DNA from: Candidatus Latescibacterota bacterium
GTDB taxonomy: Bacteria > Latescibacterota > UBA2968 > GCA-2709665
Assembly (NCBI GenBank): GCA_965208835.1
Contig: OZ242358.1
Location: forward strand, 1,536,001 to 1,600,000
DNA: 64,000 nucleotides
Reading direction: 5' to 3'
The translations under genes and the position numbers were made by a program. The notes below the pieces were generated by a model that searched no databases, was not told the DNA's origin, and saw only the letters and a program-made list of their open reading frames with translations. Below are positions 1-12,066 of the stretch, one piece after another; within the stretch, counting starts at the first letter, position 1; each line of letters starts with the position of its first letter.

Positions 1-80
1 AGAATGTGCAGGCCCTCGGTCCGATCGTCTGTATAGGTGCCGACGTAGACCGTGACGTGACCGCCGGACTGATCTGACAT
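1..80 (-). CDS. 5' part of a lactonase (6-phosphogluconolactonase-like beta-propeller), runs off the window start
   Basis: Manual translation MSDQSGGHVTVYVGTYTDDRTEGLHI; YVGTYT is the typical N-terminus of Pgl/cycloisomerase lactonases; AGGAG RBS upstream. Confidence 0.65.
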   Translation of the reverse strand, partial: MSDQSGGHVTVYVGTYTDDRTEGLHI

Positions 81-612
81 GTGCCTGACTCCTGTCCTGA
101 AAAGGGACTTTTGGGAGAATTCAGACTTGAGCGGCGTTCGAAATGGCTGTCCGAATATTGGCTTTCCCTGCGCCTATGAAATATAGCCGGAAATCGGCTT
201 AGATCAAAATTTTTTCGCAGTTTCACGCACGATAATTCGAACGGCGCCTGCGACCGACCTCAAATCAGGTGAAACGCCGTTGCCGCGATCATCGCACGTC
301 TTGAATTTTCGGCGTCGTGGGAGTATCTTGGCTCGGGGCGCTGGAGAAGCAGGTTTGAAGGTGGGTCGGACTTTCCTGTCTGCCGGCATCGTTGGCTTTC
401 TCCCGGAAACAAGACTGAAGAAAGGCCCTTAGCGCGGTCCCTGACCCGTTGCTGGCTCGACTAAATTCGAAGAGTACGCTTCGACTGTGGCGCGAAATGG
501 CATTTCACGCACCTTGATCAACCGCCTGCGACGCCGATCGGCCGCGAAGCGGCCACCCGGATCATCATCAGCGACCATTGATGTGACAACCGCAACCAAC
601 AAGCGAGGACAC

Positions 613-1458
613 ATGGATACCCAACTGGTTCCCACAACCAACGGGGACGGTCTGCCGGTCGTTCCGATGACCGACGAGCAGAAGTACGTCTTCGACCTGA
701 AGGGCTGGATCTGCCTTCCCGGTCTGTTCGACGAGGAGCAACTCGACCGTATCCGGCAGCACCAGATGGACTTTCTCTACCAGCGCGACTCGCTTCCGCC
801 AGAGGAACGCGACAACCACGGGGGTCCGTCGCAGGTGCTGCTGGATCACCCGGCCGTGGTCGGGGTGCTCAACGAAATCCTCTCTCATCGTCCGCTGGCG
901 ACCGAAGACTGTTACGGGTTCCGGTACGACCATACGTACACCAGCCATCGAAAGGCAGGCCACGACAACTTCGGTCCCCACGGGGGCGGCGCCTATTTTT
1001 CCTTCTGCGGCAATTCCCACATCTACCAGATGCTGCCGGGGCAGGTCCACTCGGGTCTGACCCGTGTTGTATGGGAGCTCAACGAGGTGGGCCCCGGCGA
1101 CGGCGGAACGATGTTCCTGACCGGCAGTCACAAGGCGGCCTTTCCGCGGCCCGAGGAAATCAGCGGCCGGGAGAGTTCGCTTTGGGAAACCTATACCTGT
1201 CCGCCGGGATCGGCGGTGATCTTCACGGAGGCCCTGTGCCACACGGGCACGCGCTGGACCAACGAGTCGCGCGACCGGTTGAGTCTCTTCACCTGTTACA
1301 ACACGGTCAACGCCAAGTGGGGCAAGGGCTGCCCGGCGCCCGAGGTGATCGCGTCGCTGCCGCCAAAACGACAGACGCTCTTCCGCGGGGTCTGGCATGG
1401 GATGAGGGAAGTGCCGGGCATCAACCAGTACGTCGACGAGGCCAACCGGGCGGTTTAA
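613..1458 (+). CDS. Phytanoyl-CoA dioxygenase (PhyH) family protein
   Basis: MTDEQKYVFDLKGW, GGTMFLTGSHK, GSAVIFTEALCHTG motifs; GAGGA RBS before ATG 613. Confidence 0.8.
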   Translation: MDTQLVPTTNGDGLPVVPMTDEQKYVFDLKGWICLPGLFDEEQLDRIRQHQMDFLYQRDSLPPEERDNHGGPSQVLLDHPAVVGVLNEILSHRPLATEDCYGFRYDHTYTSHRKAGHDNFGPHGGGAYFSFCGNSHIYQMLPGQVHSGLTRVVWELNEVGPGDGGTMFLTGSHKAAFPRPEEISGRESSLWETYTCPPGSAVIFTEALCHTGTRWTNESRDRLSLFTCYNTVNAKWGKGCPAPEVIASLPPKRQTLFRGVWHGMREVPGINQYVDEANRAV

Positions 1459-1460
1459 GG

Positions 1461-1620
1461 CGTGACCTCACCCCCGCCACCCAAGAAGCGGGTAGACGCA
1501 AGACGTAAGAGGGGAGAGATTGCCTGCCGTGTGAGGTTTCCTCTCGTGCCGGAGGCAACAAGGTACAAGATAACGGGCAAGGATCTCTTCTACCGTCTCA
1601 CCTCTACCGTCTACCCGCAT
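1461..1620 (+). repeat. Heptamer-arm hairpin repeat element, copy A
   Basis: AGACG-type heptamers on the left, TACCGTC-type heptamers on the right, conserved core shared with 32172, 55785 and 58181. Confidence 0.75.
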
Positions 1621-1707
1621 TTGGGCGACCGGCCGGTCGCCCAGTGTACACCATGCGCCAAGACACGGGCAACCACAAGGGTTGCCCCTGCTATCGGAGG
1701 GATTGCA

Positions 1708-2508
1708 ATGAAGGTCGGCATATACGCATCGTATTTCGGCAAGGACGATCCCAAGACGTTCCCGGACGTTGAGTCGTTTATCGATCTTGCGCATGAGCTG
1801 CAGCTCGATGTCATCGACTTCCGCGTGGACGTGGGATTCGGCTCCCTGGACCGCGAATATCTTCGGGATCTGAAGATAAAATGCCTGAAGGCTGGGTTGC
1901 CCATCGGCTATCTCGCGTCCGGTGGCCATTTCGTGGGCACGGACGAGGAGTTGCGACAGAAGGTGGAACAGGCGAAGGCCGACGTGGAAGTGGCCGCGTA
2001 CCTGGGAGCGCCGATGATCCGTCTCTTCTGCGGGGCACCGGGGGTGGGGGACGCTGAACGCGAGATCCATTGTTTTCAGGACGTTTGCGATTTCGCGGGC
2101 GACGCCGGGATTATCGTGGGCCTTCAGAATCACCCGAGCACGGGCGACAACGTGCTTCGCATTCTGCGGGAAACCGACCGCGAGAACTTCACCTTCATCC
2201 TGGACACCGGCCAGTGGGTGGGGTCGCCGGGGCTGAATCGCGGTGTGGGCGATCCGGACGTGGACATCTACCGCTTCATGGAACAGACAGCGCCGTACGC
2301 GTCCCATGTCCGCGCAAAGATCTACAAGATCGACAGCGGCCGGGAGGAGTGGCTGGATTACCCGCGTATCGTCGGAATACTGAAATCGGCAGGCTTCAAC
2401 GGCGTCGTTTCGATCACGTTCGAGGGGCAGGACGTCAACGAATGCGACGACAGGGAAACCTTCAGGCTGGCGGCCAGGCACCTGCGCGAGACCATCGCCG
2501 CGGCGTAG
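1708..2508 (+). CDS. Sugar phosphate isomerase/epimerase (xylose isomerase-like TIM barrel)
   Basis: GAPMIRLFCG, GLQNH, LDTG, HVRAK, SITFEG motifs; GGAGG RBS before ATG 1708. Confidence 0.8.
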   Translation: MKVGIYASYFGKDDPKTFPDVESFIDLAHELQLDVIDFRVDVGFGSLDREYLRDLKIKCLKAGLPIGYLASGGHFVGTDEELRQKVEQAKADVEVAAYLGAPMIRLFCGAPGVGDAEREIHCFQDVCDFAGDAGIIVGLQNHPSTGDNVLRILRETDRENFTFILDTGQWVGSPGLNRGVGDPDVDIYRFMEQTAPYASHVRAKIYKIDSGREEWLDYPRIVGILKSAGFNGVVSITFEGQDVNECDDRETFRLAARHLRETIAAA

Positions 2509-2549
2509 ACCAGGCGCGCCCGGGGATTACAGGAGATAGCGACAAGCGA

Positions 2550-3278
2550 ATGTGCCGACTGACCGACTACCGTGTCCTCACGTTCGACTGCTACGGAACG
2601 CTGATCGATTGGGAGCGCGGTATCTGGGACGCATTGCAGCCCCTGATTTTGCGCAGCGCTGCCGCGTGCCTCACGCGTGACGATGCGCTATGCGCCTTCG
2701 CGCAATGCGAGAGCCGGCAGGAACGCGCCACGCCCGGTCTTCCCTATCCGGAGCTGCTCGCCCGGGTACACGCACGCGTGGCGGAGAGATTCGATCTGAA
2801 GACCGATAGGGAACTCGACGCGGCGTTCGGCGCCTCCGTGCCGCACTGGCCCGCGTTCTCCGACACCGCCGACGCGCTGCGAATCCTCAAGCGGCACTAT
2901 AAGCTGGTGATCCTCTCCAACGTCCACCGCGACGGCATCGCCGCATCCAACCGCAAGCTGGGCGTAACGTTCGACGCCATCTATACCGCAGAGGACATCG
3001 GTTTCTACAAGCCCGCCGACGCCAACTTCGAGTACCTGATCTCCCACCTGAAGTCGGACCTGGGACTGGAACCCTCGGACGTACTGCACACCGCGCAGAG
3101 CCTGTACCACGACCATGTGCCTGCGAAGAAATTCGGCCTGGCCACCGCCTGGATCGACCGGCAGCGGCTGTCGGAGGGCGGGAGTTGGGGCGCGACCGAG
3201 CGGGTGGAAACGATGCCGCCGACCGACTACGTCTTCTTCTCGCTCGGCGAGATGGTAGATGCGGTGGCGGGCGTCTGA
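2550..3278 (+). CDS. HAD-superfamily hydrolase (haloacid dehalogenase type II-like)
   Basis: LTFDCYGTLIDWE, LSNV, YKP, HTAQSLYHDHVPA motifs. Confidence 0.85.
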   Translation: MCRLTDYRVLTFDCYGTLIDWERGIWDALQPLILRSAAACLTRDDALCAFAQCESRQERATPGLPYPELLARVHARVAERFDLKTDRELDAAFGASVPHWPAFSDTADALRILKRHYKLVILSNVHRDGIAASNRKLGVTFDAIYTAEDIGFYKPADANFEYLISHLKSDLGLEPSDVLHTAQSLYHDHVPAKKFGLATAWIDRQRLSEGGSWGATERVETMPPTDYVFFSLGEMVDAVAGV

Positions 3279-3311
3279 ATACGGCGGGTAAACGGTGGGT
3301 GGACGACGTAC

Positions 3312-4298
3312 TCACGCACAGACGGGGTCGTCCACCTTCCAGCGATTGTACGTGGGATCCGCGCTTCTGGCCAGCCTGCTTCTGGCCTCGTGCCACAGCC
3401 TGGCCCATTCTTCGGGATCGTGCAGTTCGCTTCCCGGATTCGATCGGCTGCGGGCGACGAACCCCGGAAACGACCCGCGTCCGGTGGGTTGGCCAATGGG
3501 ATTGTATCGCAGGTCGAAGCTCCAGCGGACGTTGTCGCTATTATTGGGAAGCGACGAGTGGCAATTCAAACGGTGGAAGAGTAACACGTCGCCGCGCTTC
3601 ATGGGAAGGACCACGCCGTCTCCCTGGCGCAGCAGCCGGTCCGGAATCTGCAGGCCGAATCCCCGCGACATCGTCGCGGTCGCGTGGCAGTGATGAAGCA
3701 GTCCCTCGCGGTGGCTCCGGGGAATTACCTCCAGGCAGCCGTTCTCGACCGTCGCGTCCCACAGGCCGAACCACACGGTCAGCATATTCGTCTCATCGGC
3801 TTCCGGCCTCACAACGCCCGTATCCTGATGCCAGGGCGTTGCGCCCAGCTGAACGCGTCCCGCATCGTTGACCGGACACAGGTGCTCCGGCGGCTTGAGG
3901 CGGACGTGCTGCACGGGATTGGAATAGATCTCGGGACCGATAAGGGACTCCACGGCATCCAGCAGCTTCTCGTTCCGCAACAGATGGAAAACCGCCGGTC
4001 CCACCCACATCGGCGTATCCGCATGGACATTCTTCTGCGGCAGCGAAAAGTCGAAATACTGGGCGTGAACCTTGCCCGACTCCGCGTAAATCTTCGTCAG
4101 CCGGTCCCCGAACGGCAATTCATCGTACGGCGAAGCAATGTCCCCGTTTTCATACAGTTCACAGGCAAGCCGGTCCAGAACACCGGCATATTCCTCGATC
4201 ACCGGATCCAGGTCTTCTTCAGGGTCGAATAGCCCTCTGACGACCAGATACCCCTGCGCCTCGAACTCCGCGACCTGCGCTTCGGTTAGATGTGCCAT
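3312..4298 (-). CDS. Phytanoyl-CoA dioxygenase (PhyH) family protein
   Basis: LTEAQVAEFEAQGYL, PWHQD (HxD), ENGCLEVIPRSH, HSSLPNNSDNVRWSFDLRY. Confidence 0.85.
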   Translation of the reverse strand: MAHLTEAQVAEFEAQGYLVVRGLFDPEEDLDPVIEEYAGVLDRLACELYENGDIASPYDELPFGDRLTKIYAESGKVHAQYFDFSLPQKNVHADTPMWVGPAVFHLLRNEKLLDAVESLIGPEIYSNPVQHVRLKPPEHLCPVNDAGRVQLGATPWHQDTGVVRPEADETNMLTVWFGLWDATVENGCLEVIPRSHREGLLHHCHATATMSRGFGLQIPDRLLRQGDGVVLPMKRGDVLLFHRLNCHSSLPNNSDNVRWSFDLRYNPIGQPTGRGSFPGFVARSRSNPGSELHDPEEWARLWHEARSRLARSADPTYNRWKVDDPVCA

Positions 4299-4553
4299 CT
4301 CTGCGAATCCCTTCAACGCGTTGAACGCCGATTCAATTCCCGCACGTTTTGTTTCGGATACCCCGCCCTTCCCGCCATTTAATATACGTCGTCCGCCGCC
4401 GTTAGGGAAGATGGAATATCGTCGCATATTCGATGTTTGCCGTACCTATACCTGCAGTCGTAGACGTAAATGTACGGTGGCCAGCGAGCAACAAAGCGGG
4501 ACAAAGTATAGAATCCCCTCCATCTGCCGCATTGTCTCAATTTACCGATACAC

Positions 4554-4582
4554 TTGACACATTTTCGTACGTATAATATCCT
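4554..4582 (+). promoter_or_regulatory. Candidate sigma70 promoter
   Basis: TTGACA-N17-TATCCT upstream of the 4748 ORF. Confidence 0.5.
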
Positions 4583-4747
4583 TTGATTCACCAGTTCGCT
4601 CATCTGCTGCGCCGCCTGCTTGACCGAACCGTAACGCGTCTGACCAATTCTGGCCAAAAACACCACTCTGTTTGTACGAGCGGGGCTGCCGACACGGTTG
4701 TCGGCGACGTCTCAAGGATCTAAAACCAATTACAAGGGAGTTGCCGC

Positions 4748-6400
4748 TTGCCTCTTGAGAACCAATCTGAACCCCGCTCTGCGTCGTCAAACGGCCTGTT
4801 CGTCTTTCTATTGGTAGTCTGTGGGTCGATACTGGGTCTGGGGGTGCTGGCGCGGTTCTCCGCGGGGTCTGTCGTGGACGACGCCTATATGTTCGTGCGA
4901 TATGCGGACCGCGTGCTATCGGAGGGAAGGCTGGCGTGGAACCCGGGTGGCGAAGCGACTTACGGGCCCACCAGTTGTTTGTACCTGGTCGTTGTTGCGT
5001 GCGTGCGGACACTCGCAACGGAAAATGCCGCGTTCACCGCTGCACTTTCCAGTCTCACCGCAGGGCTCTGCTTCCTGGGCCTTTTGTTTGGACTCATCTG
5101 GCGGTATGCGGATGTCCCACGTGTGGGAAAGCGATTGTTGATTCTGGCGGCCTTTTTTGCCATAGCGGCTTCGGCACTCGATGTAGCCAGCCATTTTGTC
5201 AGCGGTATGGACACAACTTTTACGCTGGCTTTCTTGACGGCCTATATCTGGATTGGCAAATCGAACGAATGTACGTGGTCCTGGGCAGGGACCCTGTGGA
5301 TGGGTCTTTGGGGCGGACTGGCCTTTTTTGCCAGGCCCGATCTGCTGATCTATTCGTTTATCGTACCCGCTTCGATGGTCGTCTTCGGGTCGGATTCCAG
5401 GAGGGTGCGGCATGGGTTGTGGATTCTGGGTCTGACGGCCGCGGTGGCCGGCGGGCAGGTCTGGTTTGCTTCCACGTATTTCAATTCACCGCTTCCCCTG
5501 TCGTTTTACGCAAAGGGGCTCACCCTGTACAGCAGTTACTTCGTTGAGCAGTACCGGCTCGTCCCGATTGTAGAAGGGTTGTCCTACCTGGCGTCGTACT
5601 GGTATCTGTTTCTGATTATTGGTTCAGATCTGGCATTCAATTTTCGAGCGTGGCGGTACAGAGTTTCCGCGGTTGAAAAGGGGCTGCTTGTGGCCACCTG
5701 TCTGTTTCTCGTGTATTATCTGATTTTTGTATTGCAGATAATGCCGTCGCCACAGCGATTTTACTATCCGACCCTTCCTGCGCTGCTTTTCCTGGCCACG
5801 CAAGGCGCCGTACGGCTCGTCGAAAGGGTACCCGAGACCGTTCGACGTGAGATTTCGGCGGCCGCATTTCCGGTTCACTTGTTCATGGCGTTCGTGATGC
5901 TGGGCTGTCTCTTGCCGAGCACTTTGACGGTAAGCAGAGGCGTGGGCTCCAGAGTTTACCGGGAGAATCTGCTGAATTTCGATATATACGCCAACTACAG
6001 GGAGCGACTATCCGCCTACTGGTTCCGCCTGGATGCATTTTCGCGTTTGCCCGACGATCTGGTGATCGCGACCACGGAGGTGGGATGCCCGGCCGCGATG
6101 AATCCGGAAAAGCAGATTGTGGATCTCACGGGGTTGAATGAGAGGGCGTTTGCACAAGAGGGGTTCTCCGCGGACCGGCTATTTGAGACCTACCGGCCGG
6201 ATTTGATCTATATGCCGAATCCCCATTACAGAGGGATGATCGAACAGATTGCCAACCACCCGCATTTTATGGAAAACTACGCACATTTTCCCGCGTCCGC
6301 GCTGGGGGCGGCCATGGGTATCGCGTTGCGGCGGGACAGCGGATATTATCCTCTAATGCACGATATCATCAGCGGCCGCACAGGGCACGAAGAAAAATAA
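4748..6400 (+). CDS. Polytopic membrane protein, GT-C-fold glycosyltransferase-like
   Basis: DDAYMFVRYA..LAWNPG..G.TS loop after the first TM helix, SGMDT and ARPD motifs, many TM helices, C-terminal IVDLTGL motif. Confidence 0.6.
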   Translation: MPLENQSEPRSASSNGLFVFLLVVCGSILGLGVLARFSAGSVVDDAYMFVRYADRVLSEGRLAWNPGGEATYGPTSCLYLVVVACVRTLATENAAFTAALSSLTAGLCFLGLLFGLIWRYADVPRVGKRLLILAAFFAIAASALDVASHFVSGMDTTFTLAFLTAYIWIGKSNECTWSWAGTLWMGLWGGLAFFARPDLLIYSFIVPASMVVFGSDSRRVRHGLWILGLTAAVAGGQVWFASTYFNSPLPLSFYAKGLTLYSSYFVEQYRLVPIVEGLSYLASYWYLFLIIGSDLAFNFRAWRYRVSAVEKGLLVATCLFLVYYLIFVLQIMPSPQRFYYPTLPALLFLATQGAVRLVERVPETVRREISAAAFPVHLFMAFVMLGCLLPSTLTVSRGVGSRVYRENLLNFDIYANYRERLSAYWFRLDAFSRLPDDLVIATTEVGCPAAMNPEKQIVDLTGLNERAFAQEGFSADRLFETYRPDLIYMPNPHYRGMIEQIANHPHFMENYAHFPASALGAAMGIALRRDSGYYPLMHDIISGRTGHEEK

Positions 6401-6855
6401 CTAGATCCGACCCGTAATAGACAATTGGGTAGTCCGGATACAATGAAAAACCGATAAAGCCTTTCCTGATCCCAAAGGCGCAAACTCGCCCGCGGTGGTC
6501 ATTGACTCCTCAATTGGCGTTGTCCGCGCTTCATGCTCCTGCATAACCACTTCGTCCCGCTCAATCTCCGTGCGGAAACGCTCAGGGTGCCCACTTGACG
6601 GTTTCAGTCCGAATCGTTCTCACCACCGGGTCCGCATCGCTTCCTCGTGCCTTGATCCCCTTCTCGGCAGCCGTACGCTCGGTCCACGGCATCCACGATA
6701 TACTCGTGTAACGCATTCACCCTGGCCCGATGACTGTCCCATCTTGCGACACCTCTGGGCCGGTGACCCTGGCTTGCCCGTTGCACAGCGCCGGGCGAGG
6801 TCGTACAAACCAAAACAGGCCTGCGCGACGTGGCGCAAGCCTGTTTCTGATTTCT

Positions 6856-6931
6856 TGGTGGAGCTGATCGGGATCGAACCGACGACCTCATGACTGCCAG
6901 TCATGCGCTCTCCCAGCTGAGCTACAGCCCC
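6856..6931 (-). tRNA. tRNA-Ala (anticodon GGC)
   Basis: GGGGCTGTAGCTCAGCTGGGAGAGCGCATGACTGGCAGTCATGAGGTCGTCGGTTCGATCCCGATCAGCTCCACCA: 76 nt cloverleaf, G3-U70 pair, encoded CCA. Confidence 0.97.
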
Positions 6932-7063
6932 ACCGCTGGGCAATGAGGAGGAAGTGTAACAAAGCGTCGGTTTTCTGTCAAGCGAAAAGGCTCGAAAACG
7001 GCGCGTGAGGCCGGGCGAAATCGTGCGATTGTCGAAGCGTGCAGGCCGCGCATGACGGAGACC

Positions 7064-9112
<2,049 letters not shown>

Positions 9113-9222
9113 TCATTCCTGACTGACTGAAATCGAACAGTGAAGTGCGCTTATTTTAGGATAATCAATGAGTTGGGTCAAGCGCTAACCCATTGGCGCC
9201 AGACGAATGGCGTGGCGAAACA

Positions 9223-10098
9223 TCAAAGCGTGCCCGCGAGGATTGCGAGCAGTCCCAGCATCATTCCCGCCTTCAGAAACCGGTTGACCATGCGGAGGCG
9301 GCGGGTGTCCGGGACGTGGAGAACCGGTATCATGAGACAAACCAGCACGACATCGAGCAGGGAAACGAGGATGAGATAGGGGAGCCCGTAGAGGTGGAGG
9401 ATGTACGGGACCGGGGTGAGCAGAATCAGAAGCGCATAGGTGCCCGCGGCCAGGCGGCATGTTATGGCCGGCCCCCAGCGGAGGGGTAGGGTTCCGCCGG
9501 GCGCGATGCGGTCTCCCGGAATATCCTGGGCGTCTTTGAGGATTTCCCTGCCCAGATGATAGACGGTCGCAAACAAGGCGGGCACGGCGGCGGGCACGGG
9601 TGCGCCGACGGCGAATCCTCCGTAGAAGAAGGCCAGGCCGCAAAGGAGGCTTACCGCGAGGTTGCCGGCCAGCGGAATGTGCTTCAGCCGCCGGTTGTAG
9701 GCCACGAGGCACCCGCACGCGAAGAAAGCGGTCGCGATGGCTTCAGGCGGCAGAAACAGGCTCAGACCGACACCAACCGCCATGAAGAAAACGCATAGGA
9801 TACCTGCTGCGCGGGGAGTAAGGCGGTTCGAAGGAAGGGGCCTGTGCGGGTGGTTGACGCGATCGGTATCCAGATCCCACAGGTCGTTGAGCGCATTGCC
9901 GCCGGCCATGACGGCGGCCGCGGAGAGTGCGGCAACCCAGAGCGGCGCGGGCAGCGTGTGTACGCCCAGCCACCCACCCATCAGCACCGAGGCATAGGTG
10001 ATGAGACAGTTCTGCGGGCGCGTGATCTGAAGCATCGCGCGGAAGGCGTCGGCTACGGAAAGGTCAGACCGGAGCGGCGCCGGATTCCTCGAAGACAT
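9223..10098 (-). CDS. UbiA-family prenyltransferase, digeranylgeranylglyceryl phosphate synthase-like (start uncertain: 10098 or 10035)
   Basis: ITRPQN, GGNALNDLWDLDTDRVNHPHRPLPS, GREILKDAQDIPGD..TLP motifs; multiple TM helices. Confidence 0.75.
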   Translation of the reverse strand: MSSRNPAPLRSDLSVADAFRAMLQITRPQNCLITYASVLMGGWLGVHTLPAPLWVAALSAAAVMAGGNALNDLWDLDTDRVNHPHRPLPSNRLTPRAAGILCVFFMAVGVGLSLFLPPEAIATAFFACGCLVAYNRRLKHIPLAGNLAVSLLCGLAFFYGGFAVGAPVPAAVPALFATVYHLGREILKDAQDIPGDRIAPGGTLPLRWGPAITCRLAAGTYALLILLTPVPYILHLYGLPYLILVSLLDVVLVCLMIPVLHVPDTRRLRMVNRFLKAGMMLGLLAILAGTL

Positions 10099-11767
10099 CG
10101 GCGGCGTCCCGAATGGAATACCGGTAACCCTGTTCGGTAAGAAACATCTGGCGCTTGCGGGCGAATTCCAGCTCCCTGGTATCTCTTGTAACCAGGGTGT
10201 AGAAGTGAGCCAGGCTGCCGTTGGCCTTGGGCCGGAGTATGCGCCCCAGCCGCTGGGCTTCTTCCTGCCGCGAACCGAATGTTCCCGAAATCTGGATGGC
10301 AACGTTTGCGTCCGGCAGGTCGACGGCGAAATTGGCCACCTTGGAGACGACCATCAGCCGGATTTCGCCCTGCCGGAAACGCGCATACAGCAGGTCGCGC
10401 TCCTCGCTGGGGGTCTTGCCGGTAATGACGGGCGCCGCAAGTTCTCTGGCAAAGGCCTCCACCTGGTTGACATATTTACCGATGACCAGGACCTGATCCT
10501 TGTCGTGTTTACGGATAAGTTGCCTGGCCAGAGGAATCTTGGATGGATTCTCGGAGGCGATCCTGAACTTTCCGCGGCCGCCGGCAACAGCGTAGTCCAT
10601 GCGCAGGTGCTGGGGGAGCGGGAGGCGGATCTCACGGCACTCCGCCGTGGCAATCCAGCCCTTGGATTCCAGGTCGCGCCACGGCACGTCGAAGCGTTTC
10701 GGACCGATGAGACTGAAGACGTCCGCTTCCAGGCCGTCTTCCCGTACGAGCGTGGCCGTGAGTCCCAGCCTGCGTCTGGCCTGGAGTTCGGCGGTAAAGC
10801 GGAACACGGGCGCGGGCAGCAGGTGGACTTCGTCGTAGATAATGATGCCCCAGTTTCCCTGATTGAAGATGGCGAAATGGGGAAACGCGTCGCCCTTTTT
10901 CTTTCTGTACGTGAGAATATTGTAGGTAGCGACGGTGATGGGACGGATTTCCTTGACTTCGCCAGAGTATTCTCCGATCTGTTCCGGCTTCAGGTCCGTC
11001 TTGTCCAGCAGTTCCGCTATCCATTGGCGCGAGGCGGTGATGTTGGTGGTGAGGATGAGCGCCTGTGTCTGAAGACGTTCTATCGCGGCCATTCCCACAA
11101 TGGTCTTGCCCGCGCCGCAGGGCAGGACCACCACCCCGCTGCCGCCTTCCGGTCCCCCGCCCGCGTGAAAGATTTCCGCGGCCTCCCGCTGGTAGTCCCG
11201 CAGCCGGAAGGGTGCGCCGGAGCGGGTATTCGGAAGCCGCCGCAGCGCCAGGTGCCGACCGGGCACGTACCCCGCAAGGTCTTTGACCGGAAAGCCGATG
11301 CGTGTGAGCGCTTGTTTCAGGTGGCCGCGGTACAGCAGGTCGACTTTGAGACGCCGCGCGTCAATCCTGCGATTCAGATAGGGGCGCACCGACTTGTGCC
11401 TGGAGATTTCGGTGATGAGCAGCGGGTCGTCGGCGGAGAGGACGAGTTCTTTTCCGGATCGTTCCAGTCGAATACGACCGTATCGCCCCAGTGTTTCCCG
11501 GATTTCGACGGAGACGTTCTGGGGGATCTCGTATTTGCTGAAGGATTCCAGGGCGTCGGTGATTTCGGCCGCCGTCAGACCCGCGGCGGCGGCATTCCAG
11601 AGCGATAGCGGGCTGATGCGGTAGGTATGAATGTATTCGGGGCTTTTTTCCAGTTCGGCAAAGCGTGCCAGAACGTCCCGGGCGGCTTCATAACGTGGTC
11701 CGCCGACCTCCGCCAGAACAGTCATGTCGCTCTGCACGATTAGGGGATTTTGGGAATTGAATGACAT
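10064..11767 (-). CDS. XPB/Ssl2-like DNA repair helicase
   Basis: N-terminal NPLIVQSD..FAELEKSPEYIHTYRI domain, LPCGAGKT, DEVH, QEEAQRLGRILR. Confidence 0.92.
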   Translation of the reverse strand: MSFNSQNPLIVQSDMTVLAEVGGPRYEAARDVLARFAELEKSPEYIHTYRISPLSLWNAAAAGLTAAEITDALESFSKYEIPQNVSVEIRETLGRYGRIRLERSGKELVLSADDPLLITEISRHKSVRPYLNRRIDARRLKVDLLYRGHLKQALTRIGFPVKDLAGYVPGRHLALRRLPNTRSGAPFRLRDYQREAAEIFHAGGGPEGGSGVVVLPCGAGKTIVGMAAIERLQTQALILTTNITASRQWIAELLDKTDLKPEQIGEYSGEVKEIRPITVATYNILTYRKKKGDAFPHFAIFNQGNWGIIIYDEVHLLPAPVFRFTAELQARRRLGLTATLVREDGLEADVFSLIGPKRFDVPWRDLESKGWIATAECREIRLPLPQHLRMDYAVAGGRGKFRIASENPSKIPLARQLIRKHDKDQVLVIGKYVNQVEAFARELAAPVITGKTPSEERDLLYARFRQGEIRLMVVSKVANFAVDLPDANVAIQISGTFGSRQEEAQRLGRILRPKANGSLAHFYTLVTRDTRELEFARKRQMFLTEQGYRYSIRDAADVFEESGAAPV

Positions 11768-11832
11768 AGATGCTGGAGACGGGCAAGCAGTATACGGGAG
11801 AAAGCCGGGAAGGTTGGAACGCTGTTCAGGGA

Positions 11833-11960
11833 GGTCTGCGCATACGTGATCGACCGTCCGAAATCAGCGTCCGGTCAGGCTTTGGGCCTGTCTGAATGGA
11901 GGTCCTCAGCGACCGGGTATCAGTTGGGTTTGCGCCGCGCAAGACCTATCGCAAGGTCTA
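11833..11960 (-). ncRNA. Candidate structured leader or small RNA upstream of the XPB gene
   Basis: Nested complementary segments (AGGTCTTGCGC/GCGCAGACCT, CAGGC/GCCTG, GACCG/CGGTC) immediately downstream of a promoter; no family recognised. Confidence 0.35.
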
Positions 11961-11962
11961 TA

Positions 11963-11991
11963 AGGATACGCACGGGGAGTATAATTGTCAA
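11963..11991 (-). promoter_or_regulatory. Candidate sigma70 promoter for the XPB-UbiA-ligA direction
   Basis: TTGACA-N17-TATCCT on the minus strand. Confidence 0.55.
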
Positions 11992-12037
11992 TCGGTTTTC
12001 CGCGGTCTGGAACCACGAGCGAATTAAAGAAAATAAT

Positions 12038-12066
12038 TTGACTTTAAACGCAGGTTTACATAAAAT
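12038..12066 (+). promoter_or_regulatory. Candidate sigma70 promoter (divergent)
   Basis: TTGACT-N17-TAAAAT with an AT-rich upstream segment. Confidence 0.6.

Noticed and set aside
1462-1707. N-terminal extensions of ORFs 1462-2508 and 55767-56999
   Set aside because: The extensions translate the non-coding heptamer-arm repeat; real starts with RBS are at 1708 and 56046
6856-6931. tRNA-Ala as attachment site of an intact integrative element
   Set aside because: No duplicated tRNA 3' end or integrase was seen within the window
10205-11608. 467-aa plus-strand ORF
   Set aside because: Antisense shadow of the XPB helicase
11780-11980. Assignment as 6S RNA, SRP RNA or a named riboswitch
   Set aside because: Diagnostic conserved motifs are not recognisable; kept only as an unclassified candidate
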